This document shows, in pieces, positions 57,726-64,000 of a DNA stretch of 64,000 nucleotides. The notes beneath the pieces are model-generated. The model saw only the letters and a program-made list of their open reading frames with translations. It was not told where the DNA came from and did no database searches. The position numbers were made by a program, and so were the translations under genes. This DNA comes from a phage. The stretch lies in sequence record PX880102.1. One strand, given 5' to 3'. Position 1 is the stretch's first letter. Each line of letters begins with the position of its first letter.

Positions 57726-58384
57726 TGAGTTTACTTAATAATAAAGCGGGAGTTATTTCCCGCTTAGCAGATTTTCTTGGTTTTAGAACTAAGAAAAATG
57801 ATATTTCGGTTATGAATAATCAGCCAGTAGGTGCTGTAACAATTTCACAAATAGCAAAAGGGTTTTATGACCCAAATGTAGAATCTGCTATTAATGATGT
57901 TAGAAATATGGCAGAGCAACAGGTTGGAGCTGTATTAGTTAATATAAGTGGCGTATCTCCTACTGGCGTGCAGCAAACAGACTATTGGTCATTTGAAGGA
58001 ACTGTTACTGATACTTCAGCCAAACCAGGTGACCCAGTTATTGTTAACATGTTTGGTATTCCAGTTAAAGCTACTAATGGAATGACTTCAATCGAATTCA
58101 CGAGTGCCGTTAGAACAGCTCTACAGGAAATGGTTGCAAAATTTATTGCAATTGATTCATTTGAAGACCATCCTACTATAGGAAATAAAATACAAGTTAA
58201 GTATTTAGATAACCAAGAACATATCTTAGAACAATACTCTGATAAAGGAATTACTTTCAAACAGGAAATAATTTCTCCTTCTAAACCTGGGTATGGAACT
58301 TGGCAATTATTAGGTGCGCAAACTGTTACGCTAGATAGTCACACCCAACCTACAGTATTTTATTATTTTGAGAGAATAGCATGA
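57725..58384 (+). CDS. 11: baseplate pin protein gp11 (short-tail-fiber attachment)
   Basis: 219 aa from ATG at 57725 ([20 protein letters not shown]; track start is upstream non-ATG). Confidence 0.92.
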   Translation: MSLLNNKAGVISRLADFLGFRTKKNDISVMNNQPVGAVTISQIAKGFYDPNVESAINDVRNMAEQQVGAVLVNISGVSPTGVQQTDYWSFEGTVTDTSAKPGDPVIVNMFGIPVKATNGMTSIEFTSAVRTALQEMVAKFIAIDSFEDHPTIGNKIQVKYLDNQEHILEQYSDKGITFKQEIISPSKPGYGTWQLLGAQTVTLDSHTQPTVFYYFERIA

Positions 58385-59931
58385 GTAACAATACATATCA
58401 GCACGTATCAAATGAATCAAAATACGTTAAATTCGATCCTACTGGATCGAATTTTCCTGACACTGTCACGACAGTGCAGTCTGCATTATCAAAAATAAGT
58501 AATATCGGCGTAAATGGTATTCCTGATGCAACTATGGAAGTTAAAGGAATAGCAATGATTGCGTCAGAGCAAGAGGTTTTAGATGGAACTAATAATTCTA
58601 AAATCGTTACACCCGCTACATTAGCAACAAGATTATTGTATCCAAATGCTACTGAAACTAAATATGGTTTAACGCGCTATTCAACAAATGAAGAAACTTT
58701 AGAAGGCTCAGATAATAATTCGTCGATAACTCCACAAAAATTGAAATACCATACTGACGATGTATTCCAAAACAGGTATTCATCTGAATCATCAAATGGA
58801 GTTATTAAAATATCATCTACACCTGCGGCTTTGGCTGGTGTAGATGATACTACGGCAATGACTCCATTAAAAACCCAAAAACTTGCAATAAAATTAATTT
58901 CACAAATAGCTCCTTCAGAAGACACAGCATCAGAATCTGTTAGAGGTGTAGTTCAGTTATCAACTGTCGCTCAAACTCGTCAAGGAACTCTTCGCGAAGG
59001 ATATGCAATTTCTCCGTATACCTTTATGAATTCTGTTGCAACACAAGAATATAAGGGTGTTATACGTTTAGGAACACAATCGGAAATTAACAGTAATTTA
59101 GGAGATGTTGCAGTAACAGGCGAAACATTAAATGGTCGAGGAGCTACTGGTTCTATGCGCGGTGTAGTAAAATTAACGACGCAAGCCGGTATTGCCCCCG
59201 AAGGTGATGGCTCTGGAGCATTAGCATGGAACGCAGATGTAATTAATACTCGCGGTGGACAAACTATTAACGGTTCTTTAAATTTAGACCATCTTACAGC
59301 AAATGGAATTTGGTCACGCGGCGGTATGTGGAAAAATGGCGATCAACCTGTTGCCACTGAAAGATATGCGTCTGAAAGGGTTCCAGTTGGAACTATTATG
59401 ATGTTTGCGGGTGATTCTGCACCTCCAGGTTGGATTATGTGCCATGGTGGAACCGTGTCAGGAGATCAATATCCTGATTATAGAAACACAGTTGGAACAA
59501 GATTTGGTGGTGATTGGAATAACCCTGGCATTCCTGATATGCGAGGTCTTTTCGTCAGAGGAGCTGGCACAGGAGGTCATATTTTAAATCAACGAGGACA
59601 AGATGGTTATGGAAAGGATAGACTTGGCGTAGGATGTGACGGAATGCATGTTGGCGGTGTTCAAGCACAACAAATGTCATACCATAAACATGCTGGTGGC
59701 TGGGGAGAATACCAAAGACATGAAGCTCCATTTGGCGCGTCCGTTTATCAAGGATATCTTGGAACTAGAAAATATGCCGACTGGGATAACGCTTCATACT
59801 TCACTAATGATGGATTTGAATTAGGTGGACCGAGAGATGCCCTTGGTACACTTAATCGTGAAGGATTAATTGGTTATGAAACTAGACCATGGAATATATC
59901 ATTAAACTATATTATTAAAATTCATTACTAA
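58381..59931 (+). CDS. 12: short tail fiber protein gp12
   Basis: 516 aa; ATGA overlap with gene 11. Confidence 0.92.
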   Translation: MSNNTYQHVSNESKYVKFDPTGSNFPDTVTTVQSALSKISNIGVNGIPDATMEVKGIAMIASEQEVLDGTNNSKIVTPATLATRLLYPNATETKYGLTRYSTNEETLEGSDNNSSITPQKLKYHTDDVFQNRYSSESSNGVIKISSTPAALAGVDDTTAMTPLKTQKLAIKLISQIAPSEDTASESVRGVVQLSTVAQTRQGTLREGYAISPYTFMNSVATQEYKGVIRLGTQSEINSNLGDVAVTGETLNGRGATGSMRGVVKLTTQAGIAPEGDGSGALAWNADVINTRGGQTINGSLNLDHLTANGIWSRGGMWKNGDQPVATERYASERVPVGTIMMFAGDSAPPGWIMCHGGTVSGDQYPDYRNTVGTRFGGDWNNPGIPDMRGLFVRGAGTGGHILNQRGQDGYGKDRLGVGCDGMHVGGVQAQQMSYHKHAGGWGEYQRHEAPFGASVYQGYLGTRKYADWDNASYFTNDGFELGGPRDALGTLNREGLIGYETRPWNISLNYIIKIHY

Positions 59932-59940
59932 GGATTACAA

Positions 59941-61398
59941 ATGATTGAATTAAAAGAGTTACCTTTTGTTGATAGCGTTCCTGGCGAAGGTCAGGAACGT
60001 ATTTCATGGATTAAAAATGGTGAAGAAATATTAGGAGCTAGTACTAAGTATGGAAACGATGGGTCAATGAATAGACCAACTGTTTCCGTGTTTAAAAACG
60101 TCGAGGTTCTCGACGAAAATGTAGGAATTCTTAAAACTGCCATTGAAACATCTCAGGAAGATATTAAAACTATTCAAGGCATTTTAGATGTATCAGGAGA
60201 TATAGAAGCGCTATCACAGATCAGCGTTAATAAAAATGATATATCAAGTTTAAAGACGCTCACAAGTGAACATACTGATATATTAAATGGTACAAATACT
60301 ACGGTTGATAATATTCTTTCTGATATTGGTCCATTTAATTCGCAAGCAAATTCAGTTTATAGAACGATTAGAAATGATTTGTTATGGATTAAAAGGGAAT
60401 TAGGACAATATGCTGGACAAGATATTAATGGTCTTCCTGTTGTAGGAAATACCAGCACGGGAATGAAGCATCGTATTATTAATAATACAGATGCTATAAC
60501 TTCCCAAGGAATACGTCTAAGTGATTTAGAAGAAAAATTTATTGAATCTGATGTAGGTTCGCTTACAATCGAAGTAGGAAATCTTAGACAGGAATTAGGA
60601 CAAAGACCACCTTCATTTAGTGAAAGTATATATTCACGTGTGCATAATTTAGATCAATCTCAAATTAATCTTAGTTCCGAAATTAAATCTATCAAAACTT
60701 CTATTGGATATCCAGGAAATACTTCAATAATCACAGATGTTAACACTAATACACGAGAAATTTCAGCTTTAACTGATGAGCTAAATAAAAGCGGAGGTGT
60801 TAAACAGCGATTAACTGTCATTGAAACATCAATTGGCTCAGATGATATTCCTTCTAGTATTAAAGGTAAAATTAAAGATAATACAACATCTATTGAGTTT
60901 TTAAATGGAATTGTTGGTGAAAACACTTCATCTGGACTACGAGCAAACGTTTCATGGCTAAATCAAATCGTTGGAACTGATTCTAGTGGAGGTCAGCCTT
61001 CTCCTCCTGGGTCTCTTTTAAATAGGGTTTCAACTATTGAAACTTCTGTTAATAGACTTAACAATGATGTTCAAAACTTGCAAGTTGAAATTGGTAATAA
61101 CACTACTGGAATTAAAGGACAGGTTGTAACATTAAATAAATTAGTAAATGGAACAAATCCAAATGGTTCAACGGTAGAAGAGCGTGGATTAACTAATTCA
61201 ATAAAAGCTAATGAAACTAACATTTCTTCTATTAATCAAGAAATGCGTAGTATTAAAAGTAATGTATCTTCATTACAGGCGGATGTTCAGACTTTACAGG
61301 AAGCAGGTTATATTCCTGAAGCTCCAAAAGATGGTCAAGCTTACGTTCGTAAAGACGGCGAATGGGTATTACTTTCTACCTTTTTATCACCAGCATAA
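59941..61398 (+). CDS. wac: fibritin (whisker antigen control, Wac)
   Basis: 485 aa; heptad-repeat coiled coil; C-terminal foldon [27 protein letters not shown]. Confidence 0.95.
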   Translation: MIELKELPFVDSVPGEGQERISWIKNGEEILGASTKYGNDGSMNRPTVSVFKNVEVLDENVGILKTAIETSQEDIKTIQGILDVSGDIEALSQISVNKNDISSLKTLTSEHTDILNGTNTTVDNILSDIGPFNSQANSVYRTIRNDLLWIKRELGQYAGQDINGLPVVGNTSTGMKHRIINNTDAITSQGIRLSDLEEKFIESDVGSLTIEVGNLRQELGQRPPSFSESIYSRVHNLDQSQINLSSEIKSIKTSIGYPGNTSIITDVNTNTREISALTDELNKSGGVKQRLTVIETSIGSDDIPSSIKGKIKDNTTSIEFLNGIVGENTSSGLRANVSWLNQIVGTDSSGGQPSPPGSLLNRVSTIETSVNRLNNDVQNLQVEIGNNTTGIKGQVVTLNKLVNGTNPNGSTVEERGLTNSIKANETNISSINQEMRSIKSNVSSLQADVQTLQEAGYIPEAPKDGQAYVRKDGEWVLLSTFLSPA

Positions 61399-61401
61399 CA
61401 T

Positions 61402-61417
61402 GGGGCCGCAAGGCCCC
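61402..61417 (+). promoter_or_regulatory. GNRA-tetraloop RNA hairpin between wac and gene 13
   Basis: GGGGCC-GCAA-GGCCCC; weak U tract, so terminator or stabiliser. Confidence 0.45.
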
Positions 61418-61430
61418 AAAGGATTTTTAA

Positions 61431-63132
<1,702 letters not shown>

Positions 63133-63173
63133 TAAATATTATAAACTAATTAAAGCCCAGATTAGGAGAAATC

Positions 63174-63992
63174 ATGTTTGGTTATTTTTATAATTCGTCT
63201 TTTAGACGATATGCTACCTTGATGGGCGATTTGTTTTCAAATATCCAAATCAAACGTCAGTTAGAATCTGGTGATAAGTTTATACGTGTTCCTATTACGT
63301 ATGCATCAAAGGAACACTTTATGATGAAATTGAATAAATGGACATCGATAAATTCACAAGAAGATGTAGCTAAAGTTGAAACTATTCTACCTCGTATAAA
63401 TTTACATTTAGTTGATTTTAGCTATAATGCTCCATTTAAAACAAACATTTTAAATCAGAATTTACTGCAAAAAGGTGCAACTTCTGTAGTATCGCAGTAT
63501 AATCCATCTCCTATTAAAATGATTTATGAATTGAGTATCTTTACTCGCTACGAAGATGATATGTTTCAAATAGTTGAACAGATTCTTCCATATTTTCAAC
63601 CTCATTTTAATACAACTATGTACGAACAGTTCGGAAATGATATTCCATTTAAAAGGGATATTAAAATTGTACTGATGTCTGCTGCTATAGATGAAGCTAT
63701 AGATGGAGATAATTTATCTCGTCGTAGAATTGAATGGTCACTAACATTTGAAGTAAATGGATGGATGTATCCTCCAGTAGATGATGCAGAAGGATTAATT
63801 CGTACTACTTATACAGATTTTCACGCCAATACAAGAGATTTGCCTGATGGCGAAGGTGTTTTTGAATCTGTCGATAGCGAAGTTGTTCCTCGAGATATTA
63901 ACCCAGAAGACTGGGATGGAACAGTAAAACAAACTTTCACCAGCAATGTAAATAGACCAACACCGCCAGAACCTCCTGGCCCAAGAACATAG
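63174..63992 (+). CDS. 15: tail sheath stabiliser / tail terminator gp15
   Basis: 272 aa, ATG with AGGAGAAATC RBS. Confidence 0.92.
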   Translation: MFGYFYNSSFRRYATLMGDLFSNIQIKRQLESGDKFIRVPITYASKEHFMMKLNKWTSINSQEDVAKVETILPRINLHLVDFSYNAPFKTNILNQNLLQKGATSVVSQYNPSPIKMIYELSIFTRYEDDMFQIVEQILPYFQPHFNTTMYEQFGNDIPFKRDIKIVLMSAAIDEAIDGDNLSRRRIEWSLTFEVNGWMYPPVDDAEGLIRTTYTDFHANTRDLPDGEGVFESVDSEVVPRDINPEDWDGTVKQTFTSNVNRPTPPEPPGPRT

Positions 63993-64000
63993 AGGTTATT

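Overview
This window is a contiguous stretch of a T4-like (T-even, Tequatrovirus-type) myophage genome, in the same orientation as the standard T4 map. Positions 1-45735 are almost entirely minus-strand early/middle genes: clamp loader and clamp (62 partial, 44, 45), rpbA, recombination nuclease 46/47, a-gt, late sigma factor 55, nrdH-like/nrdG/nrdD (no intron), endo VII (49), pin, nrdC, a long run of small ORFs, rI, tk, regB, an acb2-like gene, a GrcA-like glycyl-radical protein, denV, lysozyme e, nudE, a 10-tRNA cluster, ipI, 57B (acb1), 57A, and genes 1, 3, 2, 4. From 45783 the strand switches to plus-strand late structural genes: 53, 5, 5.1, 5.4, 6, 7, 8, 9, 10, 11, 12, wac, 13, 14, 15. 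Protein identities come from my recollection of T4 sequences (lysozyme e differs from T4 at about 3 residues, so this is a close relative, not T4 itself); nothing was database-searched. Many starts in the ORF track are non-ATG (TTG/GTG/ATT) and were moved to an in-frame ATG with a Shine-Dalgarno where one exists. Regulatory grammar is readable: GTTTAC-N17-TGnTAnnAT early promoters, MotA-box middle promoters, TATAAATA late promoters, and UUCG/GNRA tetraloop hairpins. The parts that look non-canonical and worth a second look are: two capsid-targeting-sequence (internal-protein-like) genes in unusual contexts, one in a hairpin-bounded cassette beside the tRNAs; an HNH endonuclease abutting the tRNA cluster; a tRNA set that differs from T4 (Tyr, Asn, His present, Gln not found); a macro-domain protein; and several tandem paralogue families. 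I found no single clear-cut novel multi-gene system; these are candidates, not demonstrations.
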